A stretch of 64,000 nt of DNA from Trypanosoma brucei (lineage: Eukaryota): positions 1,184,001 through 1,248,000 of the forward strand of contig CM000208.1 of NCBI GenBank assembly GCA_000002445.1, written 5' to 3'. Positions within the stretch are counted from its first letter, which is position 1. Every line of letters begins with the position of its first letter. Shown here one piece after another: positions 21,866 to 32,958 of this stretch. A model generated the notes under the pieces. The model made no database searches. It worked only from the letters and a program-made list of their open reading frames with translations, and was not told the DNA's origin. The translations under genes and the position numbers were made by a program.

Positions 21866-22268
21866 AAAGGAAAAAAGAGATTACGTATATCCGACGGGGC
21901 AACAACAGCAAAGTATAACAGATGCAACACAACACACGAGGCACATGCCGAGGTTGAGGTGCCGATACCCAAGGAGGTAATATTAAAATAATGTAACACA
22001 TAAACTTCTGCACGTGAACTTCCCGAACAAACACAAACACACAAACACACACAGAAGATAATCAGACAGCTCTTATTTCCCTCACACATTTGAGTTCACA
22101 CTACTCTATAACATGGAACGGAACAAAGTGGAACTTCAGCACGCAGAGAATACAAGAAAAACAAATTACCACTGGAGGTGTGTATAAAACAAAAATAAAC
22201 GTCCGCCAGAGAGAGAGAGATAGAGGGAAAGAGGCGATGTATCTGAAAATAATACCACTTCCGCGTAG
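21866..22268. repeat. ~400-bp dispersed repeat, copy A (inverted relative to copy B at 59993-60395; ~97 % identity)
   Basis: Direct alignment of A with the reverse complement of 59993-60395 shows only a few substitutions and microsatellite length differences; homology ends abruptly at both edges. Confidence 0.9.
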
Positions 22269-22537
22269 GGGAGTTGAATGTAAGCAAATATATATACGAT
22301 GTACTAGGTGTACAGTCATAACGGATGTCTGTACATATATATATATACTATGGCATTGCGGTAACAGCACACGACCCGACGCGGCACGCCAAGGAGTAAA
22401 AGATAGAACAATAATTAAAATTTAAAAAAAAAACACCTCTGTTCTGGCACATTCCCTCTCTCTTTACTGCTCGGGCACTAATCGAAGGGGTACGGGTCTC
22501 CACTATGTGCATCACCGAATGTAACGGCGGGCACACC

Positions 22538-22951
22538 TTATTTACGGAATGACACTACACGATCAAGGATGGTGCGCCCAATGAGTATCTGGGCCTTCAG
22601 CCTCGCCAGCATTCGGTGATCAGCGAGGGTGCCGGTCCCGTCGCTGCTGCACACAATCAAACTCGGCATCAACATCTGAGGATGGCCACGTGAAGTTACT
22701 GCGGATGCGGGGGGGCTCAAGGAATCAAGAATCGTTGTGGAGAGCGACATTACATCTTCCTCCCCGCCTTTTCCCGTATCGCTTCCGATACGTTCCCAAC
22801 GCATGAGGGCCATTCTGTAGAAGCAAAGCAACTCTCTTGGATCAGCACCGGGTTCGATCCTGATTCCATCAAGTGCGCACAATGCCTCCAGGTGAACGAC
22901 TGGTGTAACGCGCTGATCCCTTAACAGAGCAAACATGTCAATTACCTGCAT
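22538..22951 (-). CDS. Hypothetical protein (137 aa)
   Basis: ORF in array orientation between two other genes; no family recognised. Confidence 0.35.
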   Translation of the reverse strand: MQVIDMFALLRDQRVTPVVHLEALCALDGIRIEPGADPRELLCFYRMALMRWERIGSDTGKGGEEDVMSLSTTILDSLSPPASAVTSRGHPQMLMPSLIVCSSDGTGTLADHRMLARLKAQILIGRTILDRVVSFRK

Positions 22952-23300
22952 GAATCACCTCTTATATAAAGGTAGCGAGGGAAACGCAAGTGCTTCACAC
23001 CACAGCTATCCCCAAAGGCAGAGAAATATAGTATTACAGTGCTAGCAAACGTTATCACGCGTAGGTCGTGCGACATGCATGCGGCACACATCCACGAAAG
23101 AAACCCCAGGAAGTCAGAAAAGTGAACAGGAAATTCGTTGGGGCACACAATCGGACGGGTAAAGCAACAGAGAGAAATGAAAGCTAGGGCAACTCACAAA
23201 GGGAGTTCCGCCCGCACAAATAGTGGGCTTTAAAGCAACATCCCACCCTCATTCAACAGTACAGTGGCGATTGCCTAGAGGTTTTCACATACTGCAAGTA

Positions 23301-24326
23301 TTACCGCTTGAGGAATTGCTGAATGGTCGATGCGAACTCAGCCCTTTGTGTGGTTGGAACGGGGTCTCTGAGTAATGCGGCACCGTCGGAGTTAACAGTA
23401 GTTTCCTGCGCCCTTGAGTACGACATTACATCTACTAACCCAGAACAGCCCCTTGAATCTCCACAACCGCCTCCCAACGTCAAATTCTTCACACGTGACA
23501 CGCCATCATCAACCGCAACGCTGACACTTCTGGAGCAACGACCTTCACTTTCCACACGTTGTTGCCTTGCCCCTAGCGAGTAACCCGCTATTCTTGAAAG
23601 TTGCCTTTCGATTTCCTTTACCTGCTCGTGCAGTACGTGGATTTCAACCCGGGGAACCAGCTGCTTTTCAACAAGCGCCAGCCGTTCTGCTGAAAGCATG
23701 CACTCGGCTGTTAATCGGTGCATGTCAGCCAACCGATCCACATTCAGCAATCTAATCCCCTTCGCCATGTATTTGCTATAACCTTCCATCAAGCCTAGAA
23801 GTTCCCTCCGCAGCCCAACCCCCATCCGATGCAACTCCTCTTTAACACGCGCAACTTCTCTATTCATGGATTCAAGCCAGCTCACACGCAGGGAGTCTAG
23901 TTCCTGCTCCATCTGTTCCACAGTTGTTCGCACTACTCGCTCCTGAAAGGATAACATATCCGCTGACAGGCGACCCTTCATCTCCCGGAGGTTCTTTGAG
24001 CTTGTCGCTATGGCTATGTCGTTCACATTTTTAAGGCTCGTCACATACGAGCGGAGGGAACTCTCTGCAGCAACAAGTATGTGCTCCTTCGTGCGAAACG
24101 AAATCTGCTCCATCTTCTCCTGGTCACACGTGAGGGGTTCGCCTTGAACACGTTGAACCTGCTGCTCCGCAGGAACAGAAAAGGGAGCAGAGCGTAGCTC
24201 TTTTTTAAACAGATCCGTTTCATTGGCATGAGCTACAAGCAGTCGTATGACATCAATTAGGTCCGAAGAGCACGTGTTAGAGTCCAGCAGATGCTCAAAC
24301 CTCCGGTTCAGGGCCTCCGTCACCAT
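23301..24326 (-). CDS. Hypothetical coiled-coil protein (341 aa)
   Basis: Central region heptad-rich and charged (…EELHRMGVGLRRELLGLMEGY…LVEKQLVPRVEIHVLHEQVKEIERQLS…). Confidence 0.45.
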   Translation of the reverse strand: MVTEALNRRFEHLLDSNTCSSDLIDVIRLLVAHANETDLFKKELRSAPFSVPAEQQVQRVQGEPLTCDQEKMEQISFRTKEHILVAAESSLRSYVTSLKNVNDIAIATSSKNLREMKGRLSADMLSFQERVVRTTVEQMEQELDSLRVSWLESMNREVARVKEELHRMGVGLRRELLGLMEGYSKYMAKGIRLLNVDRLADMHRLTAECMLSAERLALVEKQLVPRVEIHVLHEQVKEIERQLSRIAGYSLGARQQRVESEGRCSRSVSVAVDDGVSRVKNLTLGGGCGDSRGCSGLVDVMSYSRAQETTVNSDGAALLRDPVPTTQRAEFASTIQQFLKR

Positions 24327-24600
24327 AGTGGATACTGCACAACGTTCCTTTTTTCTTTTGGTTCGATTTGATGGTCCACCGTTGTATCAGGTTAGTTTCA
24401 GAAGAGGAAGCAACCGAATTATTCTCAAGGAAGAAAATAGCAGCAGCAATCACGTAAATGTAAAATCACAGGAATGCAACTGAACAACTGATACTTACCT
24501 CCGTGTTTGTCCCTTTCTCATCCAACAGCCCTAAACAAAGCGTGCTTCCCCCTTCCTTTAATAAACGAAACGTCTTTCCCCATCTCCATCCCAGGCACAT

Positions 24601-25206
24601 TTAAAAAATAATAACAGATTTGCGTTGTAGAACAACCATTTCAAACACTTTCCGGAACCTTTCCCCAACGCCGGTCAGATCACCAGCGAGTGCAAAACCC
24701 TCAGAGGAGACGAGGCCCTTTGCAATAAGGGTAAATGGCTCGTCCCTCTCCAATATCATCTCAAGTACAAATAACAACCCCCTCTCCGTTACCTTCGTGT
24801 CGCTAATGTCGAGTAGTTCCACCTGCGCAGGCACTGCTGAAAAACGAATGACTTGAGACAAAAATATGACGACTTCATCGTTGATGCGGTTGTTCCCGGC
24901 AGCTCGAATGGTTCTTACATGGGGTAGCTGGCCGTTCGCCAGCGCTAATGCAGCAGGAAAGGGTGGAACACCACCAATATCGATGTCGGATTCTTCTGAT
25001 GTGAGAATTCGCATCAATTCCCCCCTTTCATGATGAGTCGCTCCAGACGCAAAAAGGTTGAACATACTATCGACTAGCTTTTGGGCTCTCGTGGTGGCCT
25101 TTGACAGGGTTTCAAGTTGTGCGCCTTCCTCTGCGATCCGCATACGCGTAGCGCCCGCCATGCGCTGGAGCTCTGACATGGTCTTTCGTGTCCCATCACT
25201 ATACAT
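24601..25206 (-). CDS. Hypothetical protein with leucine-rich-repeat-like C-terminus (201 aa)
   Basis: Regular L/I/V spacing resembling RNI-like LRRs (…LDISDTKVTERGLLFVLEMIL…); weak. Confidence 0.4.
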   Translation of the reverse strand: MYSDGTRKTMSELQRMAGATRMRIAEEGAQLETLSKATTRAQKLVDSMFNLFASGATHHERGELMRILTSEESDIDIGGVPPFPAALALANGQLPHVRTIRAAGNNRINDEVVIFLSQVIRFSAVPAQVELLDISDTKVTERGLLFVLEMILERDEPFTLIAKGLVSSEGFALAGDLTGVGERFRKVFEMVVLQRKSVIIF

Positions 25207-26035
25207 CGGTATCCCACGGGAGATGGCACCCTCCTTCTTCGTTTCGCTCGATCACGCCGCCCACAATACACACACACACTCAGTTTACTCCTCGTTTGGT
25301 TTGCACTCAGTTTGGGATACCTGAACTGTGGCGTGATAAACGCACACCGAGCGGCAAAGTTTGTATACACCGACTTTTATGAACGTTTTAACTGATTGAG
25401 GCGACAGCCACGGTTTCTCACTCACTTGGTAACGAACAAATAAACCCCGTCCAAACTATGGTAGAAATGAAGAAATGGTGGGAGAAACTCACAAAAAGTA
25501 CGGTGAGCGTTACGGTAAGAACTCTACGGCACCTCGGATGGCAGGGGGATTCACGTCATAGCTAGCGTGTCATTCTGCAAGGCAAGAATCAACAATCTGT
25601 GCGGGCAAAAGTATGGGCTTTATGGGCCAATAAACTACTGGACGTAATTCTGCCGACCCTAGCCTCGTTATCGGTAATGATTACGCATGTACCAAGATGT
25701 TAGCGGTGAATAACCTCAGAATTTTCCGAATATGAGGAGTATCGTCAACACCGCCACTATTATTATTATTATCTTTTTTTTTTGGGGGGGGGTCTAGAAG
25801 AGGACGGCGGTGCACACGGCGAGGCAAAATACGACCGTCCTTTTGCATCCACACTATCGTTAACGAAACCATTATAAATAACATCCCTCTGATAAGAATT
25901 GCTTCAAGAAAAAGAGGCAAACACAAAGCACCTGAAGGATCGGCCAGGTTCACTTGACGCAAAGGTAACTTCGCTGCTTGCAAACTAAGCGAGTTAATAG
26001 CAACGACATTTTCGCGATCGCTGCAAACGAAAGAA

Positions 26036-26578
26036 TTAGGGCCGCGAGCGCTTCCGTTTTTTTCTCGAAGACGCGGATACTGAAGTTGCGCTACGACTCA
26101 CCACCTCTTTCAGGTACACTTTCAGATAATCTAGTCGAATGGTCTCTGTAGACCCCGTGGCGTCCGTCAGTTCTAAGATAGGGTCCTTCAGGAGTATCGT
26201 CCACATTCCATCCTTCACACGGTAAACCGGGTACAAAACTTCCTCGTCCAGAACATCACAGGGGGTTGTGGCTACAGTGTGCGTCACCTCTGAAGGCGGT
26301 AAGGGGAACTCCATTTCCGCAGGCCTCGTGCTGAGCGTGGGAGCGTCAATCGAACTGAGACCAGATTCACCTCCAAGAGTGGCGTGACCCACAAGTGACG
26401 GTGCCGACGTGCGCACGCGCACTTGTGAGCGGACGGGCGCTTCCGCCAGCGTCCGGTCCATGGCAATATCAAATATTTCCCAGAGTTGCTGTTTCTGCCC
26501 TTCAGTGAGGAGGCAGTCGGACTCCAGTTCGGCCAACGTCGCCCCAAGTGCCACACCCAGCAGGCTCTCACGGTACAT
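26036..26578 (-). CDS. Hypothetical protein (180 aa), basic C-terminal tail
   Basis: ORF in array orientation; KKRKRSRP C-terminus (NLS-like); no family recognised. Confidence 0.4.
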   Translation of the reverse strand: MYRESLLGVALGATLAELESDCLLTEGQKQQLWEIFDIAMDRTLAEAPVRSQVRVRTSAPSLVGHATLGGESGLSSIDAPTLSTRPAEMEFPLPPSEVTHTVATTPCDVLDEEVLYPVYRVKDGMWTILLKDPILELTDATGSTETIRLDYLKVYLKEVVSRSATSVSASSRKKRKRSRP

Positions 26579-26934
26579 TTGCGCAGTTAGGGCAGACCCA
26601 CCAAAAGCGGCGCTCCACTCTTATTTCCTAAGAAACCGTTTTTAAAACGTATCCCACGAGAACAAAAGGGGGAAGAGGTCCGGCAAAATGGTAAGGTGAG
26701 GGAGAGAAGAAAGTTACAGAAAAACACGACCCGATGCAAACTCTTATCGACTGAAAATGACACGGTGCATAAGAAAGAGGGAGGTAAAGCAACAGGGAAA
26801 GACAGCACTCAAGTCGAACCGTATCCCCTTCTGCGATCCTTGTCTCCTTTTTTCTCGCCTTCATTCGCCGCCACGTAAGTACGCACACTCGTCGACATCC
26901 GCACCCCCTACAAACCTAAGTCAAGCGCACATGA

Positions 26935-28353
26935 TCACTGTAAACCGTATGCCTTCTTTACGAACAGAAGCCGTTCAAGCACCACTTTCGACTCTTTTTC
27001 AGCACTCGCCTCATCTGGCAAAACCACCGCACCACTGCTCAAACACTGTAAAAGATTCTGCTGGGCTTCGTTACGAACGTTGAGTGTCACACATGCCCAC
27101 AAAGTTTGCAGGAGTGTTATCCCATCAAGTGCATCACGGTGCACGGACAGCAACTGCGTACAGACGTGCACGAGTTCGTCGCTCCTCTCCTGCACGACAG
27201 CGAAGCTCGTCAAGATCCCGGCGGCGTCAACGGGACTGACGTACCCGCCTTGTTTCACGATAGACACGAAGCGCGACGCTAACAATGGAAAGAGCTCACC
27301 GTCGAAAAGGTCGAAGGAAGCGAGGGAGCTCAATGTTTGGTTGATCTCATCAGGTCGGAAATCAGCAACAACCTTACAAGCGCGTTCAGCAAGTGTCCCA
27401 AGTACCTCCTCGGCGGGTACATTAGCGCGGTAAAAGGCATCACACGTCTTCGCAATAGAATTCGAGTCAAATGTATTGCCAATAGCCACAATCCGCTCAC
27501 CACACGCCGTAAAAAGAGGTGATGGGGCTCGTCCGGCCTTTGCGAGGCACGAAACGAGGGATGCCATCAGTGGCGCCGGTAACTCCGCTAGTTCTCCGAG
27601 CAAGCGTTGCTCAAGCGCGGTGAATAATGCGTCGTCCACGAAACCGATTTCCGCAAACCCATCAAGGATGGTGACAGCCACTAGCGGTGGTCCTTGTGAT
27701 GCTTGTCGTTCTGCTTGATCACGTAACGTAAGGAATAGGTCTCTGTGAAAATACCGCACACGGGAAAGGGCGTGTGCCACGTTCGCCGTATGCGCTACGA
27801 ACGTGCGTGGGTCCTTCATCACAACGGCCGCCCTGTCGCAGATAACTTTATAGAATTCCTCGTGATGCACCTGCGCTCTGCCATAGGCGTTGATAAGAAC
27901 TGCACACGAAACTGTGTCGAGAGTTGCTGCGAGTGTAATGAGCCTGCGTATGTACGTGAAAAGGACCTCGTACAGATGTGGTGAACGCAAAATCAAACAA
28001 GAGTGAGCAATGCGGGCTAGAGATGGTGCGTCCATCACCCCCACTGCCTCAGGTGTCAGGCTTAATCCCACGACGGCACCGAACGGCTGGCCTTTGGTTG
28101 GCGATATTCGCAGCTGTGTAGCCGCGTGGCATATTTTTCCCGCCACAACTGGAGTCCACGCCGAGTGGATGTCATCGAGTGACTCATTTTCAAACAACTG
28201 CCTCCCGTGGAGAATGAGGTCTTGTTTACGCTCAGATGTACCCAACTGGTGTTGCACCTTTTCTACTGATGAGACGAAAGCCTCAGTTGAGATTAACCGC
28301 GGCGCTGGGCAACAACATGATCCCCCTATTGCTAGTGAATAACGCCGGATCAT
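26935..28353 (-). CDS. Hypothetical alpha-helical repeat protein (472 aa), possibly FASTK/heptatricopeptide-like
   Basis: Repeated ~35-40-aa helical units rich in L/A (…LINAYGRAQVHHEEFYKVICDRAA…, …VSCLAKAGRAPSPLFTACGERIV…); assignment tentative. Confidence 0.4.
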   Translation of the reverse strand: MIRRYSLAIGGSCCCPAPRLISTEAFVSSVEKVQHQLGTSERKQDLILHGRQLFENESLDDIHSAWTPVVAGKICHAATQLRISPTKGQPFGAVVGLSLTPEAVGVMDAPSLARIAHSCLILRSPHLYEVLFTYIRRLITLAATLDTVSCAVLINAYGRAQVHHEEFYKVICDRAAVVMKDPRTFVAHTANVAHALSRVRYFHRDLFLTLRDQAERQASQGPPLVAVTILDGFAEIGFVDDALFTALEQRLLGELAELPAPLMASLVSCLAKAGRAPSPLFTACGERIVAIGNTFDSNSIAKTCDAFYRANVPAEEVLGTLAERACKVVADFRPDEINQTLSSLASFDLFDGELFPLLASRFVSIVKQGGYVSPVDAAGILTSFAVVQERSDELVHVCTQLLSVHRDALDGITLLQTLWACVTLNVRNEAQQNLLQCLSSGAVVLPDEASAEKESKVVLERLLFVKKAYGLQ

Positions 28354-28818
28354 TAGTTTCTATTGTCGCGGACGGCGCTCTTCTAACAATCGAACAAATC
28401 ACCTATGAGATACCAATAATATATATATATATATATATCAAAAAAGCAGTGAACCCGGGGAGAATATGCAGTGCACAGAAGCGCAGGAGGAAGGAAAACA
28501 ACCAATGAAAAATGCTAACACAACGGTGCGACCGCTAGTTACCTCCAAATACCTAGAGTACAAACATAGGTAAAATATGTAGCGGGGCAAATCAGGACCG
28601 GCGACCACGCACTAAAGTGTACCGCCTGGGATTACAAACACATTGATACATCCCAAAAACCAGAGGGTTGATAACTCTACTGCAGCAATTGTCGAGTGCA
28701 TCTATCGATAGCAAGAAGCATTTGGTCACTCCCTCTTCCCAAACTTGTAACGAAACTCTTTTTTTTGCTCTATCTGGTTTAACTCCGTTATGTGGCTTCA
28801 GGATGTAATACCTGTTTA

Positions 28819-29997
28819 TTATATGAGGCCGACAGTCTTCAAATATTGTCTAGTTTCATAGCTACCATAGCCGTCACTTTGTGAGTCGTAACCTGTGACG
28901 GAAGCGCTGGTCTCACCGAATTCATCCTTGTCTGGTTGATTCCAACCACGAGAAGAGTTCCAACCTTTCACCGACTGTAATTCCTCGCCACAACTGACTC
29001 CTCCAGTCACGGAGCTCCCAACAACGGGACCAGAACCTGAAGTACCAGTGTGCGGTGGTATAAATTCTTCTTCTCGTCTGGTGACGTGTGAAGCGTCCAC
29101 TTTACGGCTGCTTGGTACGATACGCTTGCGCGCCCTCTGGTGATGATGTTTTTCCTCTGAAGGAGCAGAGCTAAACAATGAAGACGTCACATGACGCGCA
29201 CCATAATCAAGACGGGAGGCAGACGAAGTCGAGCTGCGCGCGGTGGGCCGCGCCGTTGGTTTGGGATCATCTTGATTAACACTAACATTCATACTCGCCG
29301 AGTGTCCCGTAGCAACAGAAGTGGAGGTGATAGCCGAACGGTTTGGTGTCGGTAGCTTACCGCGCAGCGACGACAATAGAGGGTTTTCTCCACGCACGCC
29401 GCGGGTGGCACTACTGTGGCGAGAGCCAGCGGAAGGATCCCACGGAGCTGCGGACTCCGAGGAGCGATTCATCATGCTCTGCCGAGACACATCAGAATCC
29501 CCCGGTGGCGGTGTGCAGGAGCGCGATACTTCCCCCTGATGTTGTGCAGTGGAAGGTTGGCGCTCCGTAACCACGGCATCCTCCCTGTGCTCACCCGCCC
29601 TACCACGCACACTGCTAGAGGTGACGGGGGCGTCTACAGCTGTCAGGGGTGCCCCTACAGAAGCAGAGAGTGCGGTGTGTACCGGAGCGCTCTGACTGGC
29701 GTCCTCGGAATCATGCTTCGTAGTTGAAGCATTTAGATGAGGAAGCGCAGAAATGGCCATGTAAAGTTGCTGTAGTGATAGCGCCATCGACTGCAACTGA
29801 ATTTGGAACGCCTGTTGCTGCTGGTACAGCAGCTGCAACATTAGTCGGTCTTCCTGCGTAAAGGAGCCCCCACCACTCACAGTGCTTTCCGCGGGACGTC
29901 CTGCTATGTGGAACAGCTGCCGAGCTGAGAAAGGTGCGGTTGGTGTAGAGAAGATATTCGAGACTCCCCCCTGGAAGGGTGCCTGCATCCCGCTCAT
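28819..29997 (-). CDS. Hypothetical Ser/Thr/Pro-rich low-complexity protein (392 aa)
   Basis: Long ORF in array orientation; >30 % S/T/P, Q-rich N-terminus; no domain recognised. Confidence 0.4.
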   Translation of the reverse strand: MSGMQAPFQGGVSNIFSTPTAPFSARQLFHIAGRPAESTVSGGGSFTQEDRLMLQLLYQQQQAFQIQLQSMALSLQQLYMAISALPHLNASTTKHDSEDASQSAPVHTALSASVGAPLTAVDAPVTSSSVRGRAGEHREDAVVTERQPSTAQHQGEVSRSCTPPPGDSDVSRQSMMNRSSESAAPWDPSAGSRHSSATRGVRGENPLLSSLRGKLPTPNRSAITSTSVATGHSASMNVSVNQDDPKPTARPTARSSTSSASRLDYGARHVTSSLFSSAPSEEKHHHQRARKRIVPSSRKVDASHVTRREEEFIPPHTGTSGSGPVVGSSVTGGVSCGEELQSVKGWNSSRGWNQPDKDEFGETSASVTGYDSQSDGYGSYETRQYLKTVGLI

Positions 29998-31093
29998 AAG
30001 AAACAGGGTACTGAGATGATGACCCGAGACCTTGGAAAGTTAAAATGAATAGTAAAAAAAAATGGGAAAAAAACAGGCAAACAGTGGGGAACAGCACTCA
30101 GAGTCCTATCCGTAGAAACAGCTAGTGTCCACTTAGAAGTCTCATCAAGGCGTAAAAACACACATTCACGTACGCGCAGGGCATGCAACAACAAAGCGAC
30201 TAAAGAAAACAATACAAAAAAGGGTTAGATTCCTCCCTCCCCCCAAACTTTGTAGCAGCTGATTAAACGTTGTGGCAAACGGTAGTGGGAAGTTAGCCAC
30301 AACTCGGTTTCGTTACTAGCTCCTCAGCGTTAGAAATAAAGAATACAGTTCATGTAAAGGTAAGCTCATTCCTTTATCGGTAAGATGGTAATGGCATGCA
30401 CGAAGTGACCAAAATACCACCTATCCTCAGTATATCCTGAAGTAAATAATCCACAACGACGGTATTTTAAAAAACAACATAACGACCAACTAAAGGGAGC
30501 TCGACAACAGTATGTTATTGAGTGGACAGACGGGGGTGCATCCACCACTTACCCGCCAACTTGCAACATTGAAAAAGGCGGCGTGATTTCCGTGCGTTTC
30601 AAGCACCAGTAACACATGTGGAAATCACCTTTTAGTACGTTAAAGGCAAGGTATTCCACAAGCAGCAACCACCTCACAGCCCTTCCAGCGTGAAACCAGA
30701 CCGGGTGACCCGCAGGAATTGGCAACAAGATGCGGTCACCACCACGACACAACAAAACAGGTCCGTGGGGCGGTGCACATATCAATCTACTAGCATGGTG
30801 GTGACTGAGTGAGGGTTGCGGTCAAAATTGCAACAACACTGCCTACCGAGAAGCGGCAGAAGCGTTTCGAACCCATTAGAAGTTACATAAGCACATTTCC
30901 CCCTTCTTAGTGTCAATAAAATGGCAGATATGATGCGTGGCGGCAACGTCACAGGCAGACAGGCTAATAGTTCAGTTCAAAACAAACAACGAAAGGAAAT
31001 GGCATTCGACGACGTTGGGCCACCCCGCTGCCAGGAGGTGGCAAACAAAGAGCACAAAGGAAGATTTGGCGTTCTCTAAACCAGAACAGGTGT

Positions 31094-32401
31094 TTACCGA
31101 CCCATCTCCGCCTCTCCCTTGTGCTTTTTAGAAAGCCGATGAATCCCCTCCACATGGCTGTCCCCATCGACGCCGGTTGTTTCACCAATCAACAACTTCG
31201 CTTCATTAAGATCCTGTTCCTCCACAGGAAGAGACGACAGCAATTCTGCTTCCGACACACCTTGCATAGACTGCTGCTCCTCCACAGACAGACCAAATAT
31301 CCTGGCTGCATCCTCATAGCAGTTTGTTTCCCGCTGAAGTGCAATCATCAAGTGTTTTAACGCCGTAATGTTAGGCACACTTCTCGTCAAGTGATATTTC
31401 GTGTACACATACGGTGTCCGGTAGATCACATGGTGCCGCAACAAACCTCGATACAATTCCATCCATGACGCACATGCCATTGGAGTGGCCATAAAATCCG
31501 TACAAGGTTCCCGGTCGTCACCGGGGTCTTCCCGTGGTTCGGACGACACCTTCGAAAAGACACTCATATCCAACATGGCGTGGCGGGCAATCATGGCGGC
31601 ATCGAAACCAAACTGCGCAGCCTTACGCCTGCCGTCACCCCTAGATGATATAGATCCATTAAGAACGAAACAGACCTTTGAAAACAACTTGTGACTACGG
31701 AGTTGGCTGATTGTTGCCGCAGCTCGCTCATAGTGTGGGGGTGAATCGGGCAGTTGATCAGGCGTGCGGGCATGCAAAGTTATTGCATGAACACGATCGG
31801 GGCCTACCCCCTCCATCACAGATAGTAGCATTTGCGCCGTAGCATCAGCCGTATCAAGAAGCCGGGTTTTAAAACTAATGGGAACCCGTCGGCGACGGGC
31901 CACGACTTTCTCGGGGCTGTTAACCGCCTCATCAACAGCGACAAGTATAGCCGCAGCTCGCGCAGGGTCCCGCATGAGTGCCGCACCCATTCCATTGTCA
32001 ACACTAAACTTTTTGGGACACCCCATGTTTACGTCGATGCCATCCACGTCGTCTACGCATAGCAGCGCTGCACGCGCACCAATGGCCGGTTCGGCCACAC
32101 CCAACTGCAGCACAACCGGCGCCCCCTCCCCTTGCGAGTTGCATCCACCACGCGCCACTGTAGCGAAGGCAATGCTTCGCTTGAACTTATTCTTATATGG
32201 TTCATACGAAACAAACTCAACCATGGAACAGGGGCAGCCAGTGTACGTACGGACCTCCCGCTTGCAGCGAATCAGTTTGGAGGCCACCACCTCCTCAGAA
32301 AACACAATGTCAGCCCCCTGCGCTGCACAGAAAACTCGGAAACCGACGGTCCCAACACGCACCATTGGGGCAAGAATTGTTTTCCCATTGAAAATGGACA
32401 T
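31094..32401 (-). CDS. tRNA-dihydrouridine synthase (Dus family) (435 aa)
   Basis: Dus signature: …ILAPMVRVGTVGFR…, …GIDVNMGCPKKFSVDNGMGAALM…, FMN-binding TIM-barrel order; C-terminal extension. Confidence 0.85.
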   Translation of the reverse strand: MSIFNGKTILAPMVRVGTVGFRVFCAAQGADIVFSEEVVASKLIRCKREVRTYTGCPCSMVEFVSYEPYKNKFKRSIAFATVARGGCNSQGEGAPVVLQLGVAEPAIGARAALLCVDDVDGIDVNMGCPKKFSVDNGMGAALMRDPARAAAILVAVDEAVNSPEKVVARRRRVPISFKTRLLDTADATAQMLLSVMEGVGPDRVHAITLHARTPDQLPDSPPHYERAAATISQLRSHKLFSKVCFVLNGSISSRGDGRRKAAQFGFDAAMIARHAMLDMSVFSKVSSEPREDPGDDREPCTDFMATPMACASWMELYRGLLRHHVIYRTPYVYTKYHLTRSVPNITALKHLMIALQRETNCYEDAARIFGLSVEEQQSMQGVSEAELLSSLPVEEQDLNEAKLLIGETTGVDGDSHVEGIHRLSKKHKGEAEMGR

Positions 32402-32958
32402 CCCTCCTCGATCACAACGGCCCCGGACCGTTTCACAAACCCCCTACTGAAAGAGGAATGCGAAACTCAGCGCAGAGGGAGCAACTTGCGGCCTTCAAAT
32501 ATCAAGGGAACACAAATCAGGGTAAAGGAAAGGGCAAGGCAAGGGAGGGAATAATAACGTAAACACAGTAAAATTCCGCTGACGAGGGAAGCGGAAAAGC
32601 ACGTAAGCAAAAAAAGATATATATATATATATTATATGTACAGCTAGCTGACCTTGCTGCCGTTGAGGCTAAGGGTTAAAGGAAAAAATGGTTGTTAAAA
32701 CTAAACGGTAGACGAAGAGATACTAGTAGATAACGCGCGTTCACAAGAAAAAAACCCAGGTGGATTCCACAATTATTACCAGTGAACACAGCCCGAAGGA
32801 CCGCCACGGAACAAAAACATATAATTAAATGACTATCCCCTACCATACATCTAGACACCCAGTTGCTAATTGCTCTTCTGTGAAGAGAAAAAAAAAATGC
32901 ACATTGTCACCTTCCGCTCCATCCCCCCCCCCCATTCCCTATGTTGCCTATTCGATAT

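Noticed and set aside
22840-22870. tRNA T-loop-like GGGTTCGATCC motif
   Set aside because: Lies inside the 22538-22951 CDS. Flanking sequence cannot form a T-stem, acceptor stem or anticodon arm. No other tRNA-like cloverleaf was recognised anywhere in the window by eye; a tRNAscan-SE run is needed to be sure.
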